The notes: generated by a model not told the origin, from the sequence alone. A DNA stretch of 64,000 bases from a bacterium (GCA_965213685.1 CBDBZY010000041.1:256001-320000); one strand, 5' to 3'. Counted from the stretch's first letter, positions 26,524 to 42,544 are shown. Made by a program: numbers and translations.

Positions 26524-27214
26524 CATGCACGCACGCATGTGTGCACACACACACACACGTACATGTACATATACATGAACAATCAAGTATATACACAGAG
26601 CACTGTTTAGAAAGGAAGGAGAAGGGAAAGAAAGAAAATTACAACAACCTCAATGGCTTAGAAAAATATAATCTGTACAGCCTTTATGTACAGCCTCCAC
26701 ATGTACATGTACATGTACATGTACATGATATACTTACATGTACATGAGTATATCATGTACATATACATGTAGGCGTCTCTCCCCTGTTAAACAGGGTTAC
26801 TTGAAACTCATGTACATGTAACATTGTGTGTGTACAGACAGAGGGTAGAAGCAATTGCAAGTAGAACAGCCTACATGCAGTAACCACGGCAGCAGCCTAG
26901 CTCAGTACACTACATTCAGCCCTGTGGGGCAGAATATAATTATCTTGGGTTATACATGTACAGGATGTGTGTGTGTGTGTCTATACCTGAAGACATGGGC
27001 GTATGGAACGGGAGCGGTTGTGCATATGGTGCATGGAATAATAAGTGGGTTGGCGTGTGAGATTGTGGGGGTGGTGTCTTCGACTCTGGCAATAACTTCG
27101 ACATGGAAGGTAAGCAAGTTGTTTTGTTTTTCCACAACAATAGGCCCATTGTTCCCCTGTTGTGTGGGGCCTACACTGTGCCCCACTTCAGGATGTCCGT
27201 CCAGCTGCAGTGCT

Positions 27215-27572
<358 letters not shown>

Positions 27573-28676
27573 TGAGCGAGCGAGCGTCTCTCCTGTGGCA
27601 CATATGGTGTGAAACTATCGAGACACGTGTGGCCAATGTCCCTGAAAGGTGGCCGGTGCGGCTGTACACACTAGCACCACTGAGGTGGCAGGTCGCCACA
27701 CCCACTCCCTCCCTCGATCTCATAGAGGCTCACTGCAACTGTATGTCGTTACTTGACACCACAAGTTAACTGGGCATTTCATGGCAAATGTTCCGTATGG
27801 ACCCAAACACACTTCCTTCTTTCATTTCCCTCTGGCTAAGAGAGGAGGGGGGAGGGGGGGAGAGGAGGGGGGAGGAGGGAGGGGAGAGGAGGGGGGAGGA
27901 GGGGGGAGGAGGGGGGAGGAGGGGGATAATAGAGGCCATCACTTGTTTTTATGCAGCTCATGTACATGCAGGTGATTGGTCATGTATGGCCTGTGAGGCT
28001 GTGGGTATTTCTCTGCACAGCTGGGTCGTAGGTTAGCAGCCACTTTGTGCAGCGTTTTGCCACCTGTGCTAGTGTGTGTGTATACATGTACTGCCCACTG
28101 GATGCTGTCTCTAATGGCAACCACAATGTGTACATGTACATGCACATGTAGAACATGTTCGTACCTGCTGTTGTGAGCAATCTTGGGAGCCAGCTGACTC
28201 GAGTTACACAAACTTCTCCTGATCTGCTAGTGTACACATGTACAGTACATGTATAGTATACACATGTACATGTACATAGGGACATGGTTTGGGGATAGTG
28301 TACATGTACAAAACTAGTTAGATATGCCGGTTATTAGGCTGGTGGCATTGCATTGCCTTGTCTTGCATAGGATAATACATTCATATGCACATGCACATGT
28401 ACATTTGTGTATACACACATGCATACATGTATAGGTACATGTGTAAGGCTCTGCATTCCCTTGTGGGCAAGCAGATCAGTATTCCATTGTGCCACTCCAC
28501 ACCCCCCACTGTGCAGCGATTGTGGGTTCAATTACATACGTCACGTCCTAATTAGCTGCATGTACAACTGCAGCATGAGTGGCATGAGAGAGGGGAGTGG
28601 GAGGAGGGGTGATAGCAACATCCTGTCTCCGGGCACTCGTCTGTCCCATCATGTAAACACACCACCGCATGACTAT

Positions 28677-28872
<196 letters not shown>

Positions 28873-28914
28873 CCCTTCCTACCTCCTTCCCTCCCTCCTA
28901 GCTCTCCCCCCCTC

Positions 28915-28991
<77 letters not shown>

Positions 28992-31059
28992 CCCCCCCCC
29001 CCCCCCCTCAAACAGTGTTTCTCTCACACATCTGCATGTACAGTGCACATGTACATGTACAGTACATATTAGACAATGTTCTTGTACATGTACATGTAAA
29101 GGTACATGTATACCAATATATGTGCAGGAATATACATGTACAAATACAAATGTACAGGTGTAGATTTTACGCATGCATGTGTGACTACAACACTTTGACA
29201 GCACACTTGTTGACGTTCATGTGCCACTCGATGTGGAGCATGCTTTGGGAGGGATATTTCCTGTGGAATTGGAACCCACTGGGAGTGCCACATGTCACGC
29301 ACACCTGCCCTCCCACTCCCCATAACGAGTTGTCATGTACAGACATGTACATGTAGTTGCATATACATGTACATGTACAGGAACAATCAGGTACATAGTG
29401 CACTACAAATTACATGAGAGAGCAGACCAAACCAAAATATAACAACACAGCCTCAGGGCTTAAAAAATGCACAAGGACACTGTATGTGTAGTTTAATTTT
29501 GGTAAACAGCCTCGATGGCTTAGAAAAATATGTACATGTACATGTACACATACATGTAGTTTATATGCTACATGTATACATGTTCTAACAGGTGTGTGTT
29601 TGATCTCCAGATGTCTTGGCGAAATGTACAGAAATAACTCGACAGTCAATGGTTGCTCTGAGCTACAATATGCACGTGTGCATACGTGACTCATAATCTT
29701 ATTGGCTACAATATGCACGCGTGCCAACATGACTTGCAATCCCATTGGCAGTTTCAATGAGCGTGTGCCTACGTGACCCAAACTTTTGTCCAATCAGAAC
29801 CGATTCTAACCTCCCCATTCACAGAATGCTCAGCAACGAAATCGCAACACCACTGCAATGGAGACATCTGGCACAGGCTGAGCTAACTAGCCAAGGGCAT
29901 TGTCTTCTGGTTATTAATGAAAGGCCTTCAGCAGCCAGAGATATGCAGGCTAACACACCAAATCCACTGCATTAGGCACACACATACCACCAGGGAACCA
30001 CCAGATTGGATCAATAATAGAGTAATTAATCAACTTCATTCCAAACAGGCATACCACTTACAGGTACAACAAGGTCATGTATGGTACTTGTACAATGCAT
30101 GTACATTTCATGTATAGTACATGTACATTTCATGTACAGGTACATGATGAGAGATTGGAACCTGATAATGAGTCTGGTTATCACACAGCAGGTAAGTGCC
30201 CTCCACCCTGGGGGGTGGCTGCTGGTCAAGTTCCATAGTGTAAGCCACTGCAACTGTGGACGGACACACACACACACACACTCTCTCTCTCTCTCTCTCT
30301 CTCTCTCCCACTCCTTCGATGAGATAACCCAGCAGGTACAATGCACCGTGTACACACACGTCATAGTGATGCAGGTACACAAGAGGAGGAAGGAGACATG
30401 AATGGAGGGGATGGGATGTGATGACACACAACAGAAGCCCCAACCACTCACTATGCATCTGCATGTACAAATTCCTATCCCTCCAGTCTGCATGCACACA
30501 TATACACATACATGTATACATGTACATGTGTATGACCTACAAGATGTGGCAGCTGTGGAATCCCTGGTGGAATCCCCGGTGGAATGCGATAGCCCTGGGG
30601 CAATGAGTAACCTGGTGAATACAATGGCTGAGCCTCCCTATATATAGCTATGCAGTGTACATGTACAATGTACATACTACACAGTCAGAGTCCACTCACT
30701 GCTGTGGTAGAGCCCAGTCATGGGAAAGGCATTATAGTGTGACCACACTAGGAGCCCACTACTGCCTCTGATAGGCAGCCCCCCCCCCCCCCCCCCCCCC
30801 CCCCGCATCACGCCACTCATGGGCCAATGCATGTGTGTATGTGTATGTGTTAAGTCGGTCATAGAGCTCACTCCTTCGAAAATTCATGGTTAATACTTCA
30901 CTTATTGTCCACCTAAGATGGACAATAAGAGCCCGGGGCTATTCACGTAAAAAATGATATTTGATAACGTTATCAGATGTATGCGCTAAATAGAATGTGC
31001 ACACATACTACTCGCTCTCTAAGTGCATGCTGCCAGTGAGAAAAAAATGAGCCGGAGAA

Positions 31060-31240
31060 AAAAATGAGCTGCCTCAGGCGGGATTTGAACCTGTGACATA
31101 CACGTACATGTATGCACTGCATACCATAGCACATGCTCTATCAACTGAGCCATTGAGGTAGCTCAGCTGGACGGGCCAAATCTTTAAAGTTCACACAAGG
31201 GCAAAGGCGTCTCTCCCCTGATGAACAGGGCAATTAACTC
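31060..31240 (-). mobile_element. Family A tRNA-derived repeat
   Basis: gagctgcctcaggcgggatttgaacc...caactgagcc..gaggtagctcagctg...gggcaaaggcgtctctcccctgat. Confidence 0.75.
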
Positions 31241-31464
31241 TGTCTGTTATGTGCACCTGTACACATGCAAGTGAAAACTTTGAACACATGAGCTTAAAGG
31301 TTTTGTTCAAGACATGGAGAGACGAAAACAATTAGCCTGGAAAAATTTTTCAAACTAGGCCATGGAGAAACAGATGGAGAAAAAGTTCTCAAAGCCAAAA
31401 TGAGGCTAAAATATTCAAGTCTTGGTGCTGAGTGGCTTTGCAAGGCATGTGACTGCGGTTATAC

Positions 31465-31625
31465 ATAAAATATCATGTGCATAGCACACCAGCTAGAAAG
31501 AGTTAAAAGAAAGGTGAAGGCCATTAACCCCTATACATGTAAACAAACTAAACTACCAACACAATGAGCACAAGACACTTGGATGCCCAGCCTTGAGAAC
31601 TGGGGCGGTGAGTTGAAGATCTTCT
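31465..31625. repeat. Dispersed repeat D; copies at 9530-9685 and 19885-20028
   Basis: Shared gcatagcacaccagctagaaag...tgagcacaagacacttggatgcccagccttgagaac. Confidence 0.8.
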
Positions 31626-32090
31626 ACGTATATGCTTTTTAAGCCATTGAGGATGTCTATTTCCTGTTTGAGGATGTTTATTTCCTTGCTTCTGGTCTAA
31701 GTGCCTCACTCACATGTGTTCTCCTCTGTTCTGCCTTGCGCTGCATTCCAGCAGGTGCATGTGTACATGCCCTCAGGGGCTGCAGCGTGCTTGAAGTGGG
31801 GTTTTTCATATACATGAAAAGAAACACCTCAAAGGTTCAAAACAACAAAGTGGCCGCCACTCCACGTTGCTTTGGGGCTCCCATACATGTGTGTGTACAT
31901 ATAGACATACATGTACGAGGCAAGACACCTAAACAAAATCCTTTTCTACATGTACGAGACAAGATACCTAAACAAAATCCTTATCTAAGCCACGAGACGG
32001 TGGTGGCATGGCTAGGGCTGCGGCTCCCACTCTTCCCTGCTCTGCAGTACACTATACACATGTACATACATGTGCATACATGTACATATA

Positions 32091-32273
32091 TGTTGCAACA
32101 CCCTAATTGGGATGCATGAGCTGCATGGGCGAAAGCATCCCAATTAGGGTGTTGCAACAAATTTGTTAGCTGTTGCGGTGCCTACTAACCCTAGCCACCC
32201 AATGACCTCCTCTACCACTTCAGCTTCGAGATATGGGCCTTTGAAATTTTGGTTGCTAAGCAACAGCTAACAA
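32091..32273 (+). mobile_element. Hairpin-headed dispersed repeat (family H); copies at 23820-23993 (+) and 41428-41612 (-)
   Basis: tgttgcaacaccctaattgggatgc/gcatcccaattagggtgttgcaaca 25-bp stem, conserved body, terminal gttgctaagcaac palindrome. Confidence 0.85.
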
Positions 32274-33090
32274 ATGCACATACAGTACACTGTACATACA
32301 TGTGCATACGTGTACAGGTGTGTACTGTTTATCTGTGCAGGGTTTCAGCTGAAGATGTACTGTAGGAATACTGGATGCACATGTGAATGTATATGTAATA
32401 TGTAATATGTAACATGTAATATGTAATATGTAATATGTAATATGTACCAAACCTGTATGTACATATGTACATGTACATGTACATGTCAATGTACATGTAT
32501 TTTTCTAAGCTGTTGAGGCTGTTGTGAATTTTACTTTGTTTTATAGTGTGATTCTTCTTTCTGTTCTCTTCTTTCTTTCATTGTGGTGCACTATGCACGT
32601 GATTGTATGTACATGTATACATATACATGGTGTACTGTACAGTGGGTGTACTGCATGTATAGGAGTATTGAGTGTACTGTAAGACCATTGGTAGCACTGG
32701 CACATGCACACATCATACACATAGACATACATGTACATATCATCCTCACACAGCTACATGTACACACACCTGTATATATACACGTACAAGTACATGTACA
32801 TATATACATGTACTTGTGGTAGATGCACATGAAGGGTGTGTTCAGCGGAACAGGGATGCTAAGTATGTGTACACACACAGAGACAGACACACACACACTT
32901 CAATGACCACACACACCACACCCTTTGTATCCAGACAGAGGATGGGATGGAGGGGGGAGAACCCTGCTCGTTAGTTGTGTGTGGCTTAGCCTGAGTGTGC
33001 AGTTGGCAGTGCACTACTCACTCTCACACAGCAATTTGGGCTAATGGGACCCATTCTTAGGTAAGAGACGTACAGCTCAGTGCCAAGTGT

Positions 33091-33200
<110 letters not shown>

Positions 33201-33417
33201 CAACAACAACATAATCTCTACATCACAATAGATAGTGGGTTGCCTAGCAACACACCTTCACTTACATCTACATACACAAACAGAGAACACAGGGAAGGAA
33301 TGCGGTGATGAATACTCATGACCCGTCTAGTGCCCCTGGCTGGAATGTATGGAGGCCAATAGCCATCACTTTAGGAAACAAGATCTTTAACTCTTTGCCC
33401 TCCAACGAGTGCCTTCA

Positions 33418-33522
33418 TGAATAAATCAAGGATCACAACTCCCTAGGTTGCAAGCTGCCCTCAAGCCTAGATGTAAGACGCATAGTCACCAAAAGCACAG
33501 GATATGGTTCGGCCGATACCAA
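33418..33522 (-). mobile_element. Degenerate repeat C 3' part
   Basis: atgaataaatcaaggatcacaactccctagg...gcctagatgt..agtcacc..ttcggccgatacca. Confidence 0.65.
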
Positions 33523-34725
33523 GCATGTACATGAGTGATGGCCATAAGCCCATACAAATTCTATATGGACTAAAATACTAGGCATTAATACCTACATGTA
33601 AGTAATGAAAGTACATGATTGCATACACTTCTCTTGTTAGAAGGTTGGTAAAGGGTTAAGACCACATTCCATAACGTAAAAACTACAAATGCTGCTACAT
33701 GTACACACACAACCAACGATTGCCAGTGCATATGATATCTTTCGCTTCTTTCCTTTCTTCTTCTCTCTTTCTATTTATAGTGCTTATACATGTACATCAT
33801 GTACATGTACATGTACAGGTACATGAACTGTAGATGGGAATGATAAAACCACAAATCCCAAGCAGAGGTACACAGAGTAAATGCAAAGGTGCCAACAGCC
33901 ACCCCACTGTGTAGGTGTGGGGTGTCCGGTGGATTCCCTGCCTCCCAATCTGGGCTGGGTGGGGGGACAGGGCATTGCATACCACACATATGGCACACAG
34001 ATGGCCGACTGTCTTCGTATGCACACTCATGACAAGGGCTCAAAACAAGGGTACATGTCTGAGGCTGACAGTGGGAGCAGAGGAGGCCGTTTCACATGCA
34101 CAGATATGCACACATGTGCATGTACATGCACATATGCAGCAGTGCTAACCTCTTCAACTACAGTTGTTGAATATTATGTCCAATACTTACATGTACAGTT
34201 GGTATATGTTCAGACAACATTGGAATTCATACATGCATGTACACATGCACAGACACGTGCATAACAATACGTGCTGAGGATCTCATACATACACACACAG
34301 TGCTGTACATAGAACTGAAGGTGCCTGTATTGCACATGTACATGCACAGGACAGAATGGGCACTGAGCAGATTAACAGAGTGGGAGGGCCTAGCATTCAG
34401 CCGAGCGGCTGGGAGGGAGGTGAGATGGAGGTGTCCACCATTGTGCCCCTGTAGAACCTCCCCACACCCACTGCTTGGGTGGAGGGGGTGGAGGGGGTGG
34501 AGGGGGGGGAGGGGGGGAGGGGTGCGATGGACTGGTAGGTACATGTGTGTTGTGTTGGGGGGAGAGGGTGTCAGGTCAGCCGTGTAGTGCTAGGGAATAG
34601 GGTGATGTGAGTTGTGTGTGTATGTGGGGGGGAGGCTTTTGTATGGAGGTGAAGGAGGAAGGGAAGGAGCATGGAAGTGAAGGAAGGGAGGGAGGGAGAG
34701 GGTGGGGGGGGGGGGGGGGGGGGGG

Positions 34726-34761
<36 letters not shown>

Positions 34762-34966
34762 AGAGAAGAGTTGAGTGTTTGTGTGTGTGCACACCTAACA
34801 ATGCAGAGACAAATTACCACCTTCCCGTTACTGGGAATCAATGGTAACCACTGGCAACGAAATTGGGCAAGTATTTTTTCACATACCTTCCCTCTCCAAC
34901 ACCTACCAACACATACTATCACTCACACATGCATGTATGCACGTAAACATCCATATGTACATACTG

Positions 34967-35039
<73 letters not shown>

Positions 35040-35347
35040 TTAAGGGAGGGAGGGAGGGAGGGAGGGAGAGAGAGGGAGGGAGAGGAGCTAGGAGAGGTGA
35101 GGGAGGCTGGGAGGAGGAAGGGTTGCAGGCACAGAGGAAGGGACATATTGGGATGGTATGGAGACACTGATTGATACGCACACACAGTCATTAGCCACAC
35201 ACATACCTGATGCAGACTGGTACGTGCACGCCTAGATGGACATGTACAAATTATGATGACATTACATGCACATAGGATGTATTGGTGGATTGCAGGTGCA
35301 TTTCTGCTGCTAATAATAGACAAGAATGCTAGAATTGCCAGATATCA

Positions 35348-35509
<162 letters not shown>

Positions 35510-36099
35510 CAACACGGCCATTTCGACCAACATATGCACCCGCACCTAAAACATCAGCGAACCAACTGTATTATGTAACCAATCGTAACCACACAAAATA
35601 TTTGCAGAGACATTACCACAACAGACAAAACTTCCTGTCTTGACACTCGGCGCTACTCTCACACAATAAATGTTGGGCCCAACACTGCACTAATATACAT
35701 AGTAGTTGCAGCACGAAGCCTGCACAGCATGAGCGCTGCAAGTGCGAATGCTGTGAAGGCTTCGTGCTGCACATTTATTACATACATTTACATGTACATG
35801 TACATTTACACTCCAAACCAGCCTAATCTCTACCAAAGATAGGCTCTTATACTGAGCGCTGATTCCTATGGCGATTTTAGCAGTGGGAGTGGGGAAGGAT
35901 AAAAGCAGTGTTGGCAAGCTGTCAGAACAGCCCTGCTCGGTCATGACGACACGTCTATACACACACACACACATCTACCCACTTCTTGTACATGTGATAG
36001 AGTTGTAACTTCCAACATCCCAAGTGGATGTACAGGCACACGTAGTTACACAGCTATTCTCCCACTTGACCACAGCTAGCTAGCTGTGGTGGAGGAGAA

Positions 36100-37400
36100 A
36101 AAGGAGTAATTTCGCGTTCCAAGCGTCTGGATTACCTTGGCAGACACTCTCATTGAAGCCCTTCACACCTGCCACCAGCTAACTTAGACTAACAACAATA
36201 AACGCGCTTCGCTCCCCACACGCCATCACGCTACGCGCTGCCAAGGGGGAACAAAGGCGGCGTCGTTTTGTTTGAGCGAACTAGCAACCCTACAAAACGC
36301 CTTTCAAAAGCTAGTCAGTGTGTGAGATTGACTATGGGATAGCGCAAGGGTAGGCGTACAGTGAACTAAACTCTGGTACATGTACAAGTACGCTGTTACC
36401 CCACATCCCGCAAGAGGGGGGAAAACAATAGCAGCATAGCGAACACACACGCGGTCAAGTGAACGCCAGCGCGTGTGCATACGCACACACACACACACAA
36501 CAGTCCTTATGAACAGGTGTGTGCGTATGGGAGGGAGGAACAGCACTACACAAAGGGACAAAAGATATGAGAGAAGGGAGAACGTATCATTGGTTACTCA
36601 CAGGTGCTTGGCGATGTAGGATATACTGCTATTGACCGTCGGGACTCTGTCTAGGCCAAGACTCGAGCAGTCCAGCGCGTAACTCAGGTTGTCCCAGCGG
36701 CACCCATTCTCTAGCGTGCCATCAGCGTCTAGCGCCGCGGAGGTGCCTTGCCCGAGGGCGGGGAGCGGAGACAGGATGACCAGGAAGACGTAGCACCACG
36801 AGAGTAGGTACACCGGCCACCGCAGGACGTTCAGCACGGACGACAAACTTCTCTTCTCCCTCCACAGCATGGCGTCCCAATCGGCTCGCTATACTCCACT
36901 ACTCTATAGCAAGATCGCCCGTTCTTGACACACACCGACTACGCAGTCGAATGAACACACATATCGAGCGATCTGTACACATCCAACGACTGTGCTAGTC
37001 GTTCACAACTGAACTGCAGCGCTATACGGCCGGCCTGTGAATTTTCTACTGCTGGGAACCACGTCCTGTTGGGGTGTGAACGTACGTAAGAATAGTACAC
37101 CCTCGGCGGCGAAACTTCAAAGCATTCCTACGTGCAGGGTAATTGTGCCTTACATGCACAGCTAATGAGATTACTAGGGCAACCGCACAAGAACGTGAGC
37201 AATTGCCAAGCCATCCCATAGCGGAGCTACGAAACATGACGTCATTGGACGTCTTCCGTACACCCGCTCGCCCGCCCACCCACTGCGCGTGCTTAGAACT
37301 ACCTGTACGAAGGCACCCACAGCGCTAGCGGCATATGGGCGCGCCATTTGCTTCAAATATAAAATTTCACACAACGCACTCCACACTGTACTAGTAGCAA
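36100..37400. promoter_or_regulatory. CpG-rich island spanning LGR exon 1 and its promoter
   Basis: CpG is visibly dense here (cgcg, gcggcg, cgcccg) against a CpG-poor, TpG/CpA-rich background; boundaries approximate. Confidence 0.6.
36602..36870 (-). CDS. LGR exon 1: signal peptide and LRR N-terminal cap
   Basis: gacgccATG start; hydrophobic stretch (YLLSWCYVFLVILSPLPALG); LRRNT-like GCRWDNLSYALDCSSLGLDRVP; ends CT|GTGAGT in phase 2. Confidence 0.88.
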
Positions 37401-37707
37401 CCATGCAAGCAGTTCCCAAGTGACCACAACATGGCCACAGCAGCTGCAAGCCTTCAGATGTACACACAATCACTTAGGGCAACAATAAACACCTCCAAAT
37501 AAACTATCCCGCAAATACCTAGATTCATGCAGCTGTAGTCAATTTTGTAACCATAAGTTGACACGCCAAAATTTATGGATAAATGGCACAAAAGGGAACT
37601 TGCATCAGTCAATTGATACTTGATACGATTATTATGTAATGCATAATGTATTGTGATGTCATGTGATGTAATGTGATGTTCCTGTTATGAACGACTAGAT
37701 ACGCTTT

Positions 37708-38094
<387 letters not shown>

Positions 38095-38384
38095 GTTTAT
38101 GAATAAGTGACATGTACAAACATCACTCCAAGTCCAACAAACTAGCTGACGACCTTGTGTCTATGTTTGACGACCGGTGTTTTAGTGGAAGAGAATCAAT
38201 CAGCCCCAGTGGAAGGGGGAAGGGAAGTTGCAGTAGACAACACAACCACATGTTGTCAGTACAAAAGAACAACTTATCATAAACCCCTTCCCCTTGCATT
38301 CCTGAGGCCAATCAATGTATACACTGCACAGGTTACTCTGAAAGGTGAACACAAGCACTACCATAGGCTACTGATCGTGAAGAA

Positions 38385-38563
38385 CTAAAGCCAGCCATCT
38401 GTGTTGCATGTGTGTCTTGTAATACCCAAACTCCCGGTCACCCCAGTGCAGCTGATGAGGCCTGGTATTGGCTGAAATGCATCCTGCACATTGGGCGACT
38501 GTTTAACATCTAGGCCTGAGGGCCGTTCACAGCCTGGGGAGTTGTGGTTATTGATTTATTCAT
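38385..38563 (+). mobile_element. Repeat C copy with hammerhead (38437-38499)
   Basis: gtgcag-CTGATGA-GGCC..GGCT-GAAATGC-ATC-ctgcac; stems I and III remain paired with different bases. Confidence 0.85.
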
Positions 38564-39206
38564 GAGTGTGGCAGAACAGGTCACGGGCCATATATACAGC
38601 ACCGTGAACATCTGATCAATACTAAACGCAATGTATGTACATAAAAAGGGAAAACAAAGCAAAACAACTATTACTACAGTGAAACCTCTCCTCTAACCAG
38701 GACACTCTTGGGACGAGAAAGAATATTATGTCCGTATTAGAGGAGTGTCCTCATTTCAGAAATTGAAATGCCCAAAAAATACCTGCATATTATGTGTACA
38801 GGGAACCAAACAGAACTGGTAGCTACTGCAGGATGCTACTGGTGTTTGGGATAAGGAAGCAACCATATGGCGTATCCCATATACTCAAGACTGTCCACAC
38901 TGCACCTATGGGATATCTCAAGTGCACTATGTGAAAGGTAGGCAGGTCACCTTACCCAATGCTGGCACTAACATTTGTCCCCTACAAATTGCCAACAGTG
39001 GGAGACACGCATGAGTCGCTGCACACACACTCGGACCCGTGAACTGTTACATAACATAGGCAACAAGACATGACAGATGAATCACATACTCTGTGTATGT
39101 GTGTGTGTGTGTGTATGTATGTATACACATGTACATGTATGTATGTATGCGGGTAGGCAGACACACACAGTACAGGACAAAGCAGTATGTGTTGTCTGAG
39201 AGGAAA

Positions 39207-39341
39207 CAGCCTTGTTCCCAGGCTTCACAGCCTCATGCATAATTATTACAACCATGTGACCTTTGACCCACAGCTCGTGACCTCAAAAATCATGCAATCA
39301 TTATGATGGTCACATGCAGGGGGAGGAGCCTGGGTACGAGT
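39207..39341. mobile_element. Degraded copy of the same MITE family
   Basis: agccttgttcccaggct...gagcctgggtacgag. Confidence 0.65.
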
Positions 39342-39444
39342 GCATTTGTTTCAATTAGTTATGGCTGTGAAAGAGAGCAGTTTTGAATGTTTGCTATACA
39401 TGATGAAAAGGCTTGGGAATATTTTTAGAGAACTGTGAAAAACC

Positions 39445-39517
39445 GGCAGCCACCCGGGATTGAACCGAGGGCCTCTGACTTTAGCTGTCAGTGCTCTACC
39501 ACCTGAGCTATGGCCAC
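39445..39517 (-). ncRNA. tRNA-like cloverleaf (family B); element spans about 39400-39568
   Basis: Same 73-nt cloverleaf with A and B boxes intact, followed by TTTTT. Confidence 0.75.
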
Positions 39518-39965
39518 CGGGTGACAGCCAGCCTTCACAATTCTCAATATCACTCTGTATGTGCCGTCTGCACAATTAGTGTACGTAAGTGTGTGTGTGT
39601 GGGGGGGGGGGGGGGGGTTGTACATGTGTACAATAATTATAGGATCTTGATTGGGTGTGTGTGTGCTAGTGATTCCCAACACCAAGGGGTGAGAAGGGAG
39701 GAGACACGTCCCTCCAATGAAACTGGACATTCTGAGTATAGATCTCCAGTGATAATTCAGGGGGAGGTTTCTGAGGTCTCCCGAAACTAGACAGAAAAGT
39801 TGTGGTAAGCTAGCTACACTTTCTAGGCACAGAATTAAGACTAAGAGCACATTAAACAATGACCTACACTACTGTTTTGTCGGTACTTAGGCTCAAAAGC
39901 ATTAGTGATTCACTTCATGCATGTGTCGTGGCACAAGCTCATGATGCAACAATACATAGAGCATG

Positions 39966-40166
39966 CAGACACACAGACACACAGACACACAGACACACAG
40001 ACACACAGACACACAGACACACAGACACACTGACACACAGACACACAGACACACAGACACACAGACACACTGACACACAGACACACAGACACACTGACAC
40101 ACAGACACACAGACACACAGACACACAGACACACTGACACACAGACACACTGACACACAGACACAC
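39966..40166. repeat. (ACACAGAC)n 8-bp array
   Basis: Directly visible. Confidence 0.95.
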
Positions 40167-40345
40167 ATCACTGCGCTCCATAACACTGTTAAAATTTTAA
40201 TACTTATATATACATTGGTATTGGTGTACCATTGACATAGCATGCAGGACATACATGTATGTATGTATTTGTATTACACTGACACTGTGTTCACTAGGTA
40301 GGTACTGTACATGCATATGTGGGGTCTTTACAGCCTGCAGGCCCT

Positions 40346-40429
<84 letters not shown>

Positions 40430-41885
40430 CACACACACACAAACACAAACACACACACATGTACACACACACACACACTCATCTACACGTGTAACTACGC
40501 AAAGCCCTACAAGAAAGCCGGAGGAAGTGAGAAGACCAAGACTCCCATGTACGGACACAGTAGCACTCATGCAGCAGAACAGCGTGCAGAGCAGCAATTG
40601 TTTACAACAATAATGCGGACAGAAGATACATGACAACAATCACCATCCCATCTCCCTCCCTCTCTTTCTCTCTCTCTCCCTCCTTCATTCCTTCCTTCCC
40701 TCCCTCCCTCCCTCCCCCTCTCTCTCTCCCTCCCTCTCTCTTTCTCTCTCTCTCCTTCCTTCCTTCCTTCCTTCCTTCTTCCCTCCCTCCCTCCCTCCCC
40801 CCCTCTCTCCCTCTTTCTCTCTCTCTCCCTCCTTCCTTCCTCCATTCCTCCCTCCCTCCCTCTCTCTTTCACTCACTCTCCTTCCTTCCTCCCTTCCTCC
40901 CTCCCTCCCTCTCTCTTTCTCTCTCTCTCCCTCCTTCCTTCCTCCCTTCCTCCCTCCCTCCCTCCCTCCCTCTTCGTCAGGCTTTGTAACGGGTCTAAAC
41001 ACAACAGCCTAACTCCCCAAATATGAACTTCATGGTACAGTGATGTGTCTGGTAGTAGGTTCGGTACATATATGTACATGTCATGTACTTAACAGCTATA
41101 GACACTGCTCTTAGTGGGGATACTGTGTACATGTGTTTCAGGTGGTCGATGCATTAGTGTGTCTAGACTCAACTGCAGCCCCACCAGAAGGCGTACAAAC
41201 ACAATGGCACACACTGTACATTGACCATATTAGGGCTGAGCCTTGTACGTACAGACATAATATGCATAAAAATATGTACATATGCACACATGTTAATATG
41301 TATATATATATTTGCATACAAAGAAACATATTGTAGGTATGTACACTTAACATGTATGTATGTACCAGTACATATACATATGTACATACATATGTACATA
41401 GTTACATGTGTTCATACATCTACCATTGTTTGTTAGCTGTTGCTTAGCAACCAAAATTTCAAAGGCCCATATCTCGAAGCTGAAGTGGTAGAGGAGGTCA
41501 TTGGGTGGCTAGGGTGAGTAGGCACCGCAACAGCTAACAAATTTGTTGCAATACCCTAATTGGGATGCGTTCGCCCATGCAGCTCATGCATCCCAATTAG
41601 GGTCTTGCAACATATATTTGTACATACATATAAAGTGTACATAGCTATACATCCATTGTATGTATATACATACATGTGTGTGTGTTGCACTGAGACTGTT
41701 GCAAGATTGTAATGGCATAATATCTTTCCTGCCCACAAAAATTGCAGCATAATTGGGTTAAAATTACATGGTCATACCAGCCATGCCAGAGAATGGGGCA
41801 ATTATTAACCCCTGAACACCTGCAAACAGAGTTTCAGGACTGCTGCATTAGCACGTCTAGACACCACCCAGGCACACCAGAGGGG

Positions 41886-41920
<35 letters not shown>

Positions 41921-42269
41921 CACTAGCACCAGAAGGCATAGCAGCCATACATAGGCACTAACTACAAGGCGCATAGTACACTGCCAAAGGCGTACGGTGG
42001 CCATAATCATATATATTAGTACACAAGAACACACAAGCATGCCAGAAGGTACTGTGTACACACGATCGATTGTGGGAGAATGGGAAGGTCGAATTATATG
42101 GAGAACCATGCTCTACCCAGCCTCAGCCTCAGTCCTCAGCTGGGGATCCGAGGCATGGCACTGTGGTTGGGGGGCAGAGAAGAGGTAGGTTTGGTAAGTT
42201 CAGTCACTCAGGGAGAGTGACGGGTAAGTTATCTACATGTATAACTGATGATTTGTTACCTGAAAATGA

Positions 42270-42417
42270 GAAAATGAAGAGCTGCCTCAGGCGGGATTCG
42301 AACCTGCATACTAGGCAGACGCTCTACCAACTGAGCCAAAGAGGCAGCTCAGTTGGGCAGGCTGAATCACTAAGTGTTATCCAAGGGCAAAGGCGTCTCT
42401 TCCCTGATAAACAGGGT
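42270..42417 (-). mobile_element. Family A tRNA-derived repeat (internal deletion)
   Basis: gagctgcctcaggcgggattcgaacc..gctctaccaactgagcc..gaggcagctcag..ccctgataaacaggg. Confidence 0.75.
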
Positions 42418-42544
42418 GGCTCATACACGTACGCTAACACCAGGAGGCACAATAGGCACCACAAGCACACCGGGTAGTCCAGAGTGCTGCTCCAGGCACT
42501 CCATAAGGTACAGGTGTGTATACGTACGTGTGTGACATGGACAA

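Noticed and set aside
32110-32140. SECIS or hammerhead reading of the AUGA...GAAA loop in family H
   Set aside because: The helix is too short for a SECIS; the CUG and stem III/cleavage triplet of a hammerhead are missing.
38123-38311. Possible extra exon of the acidic gene
   Set aside because: No convincing splice donor/acceptor pair in a compatible phase.
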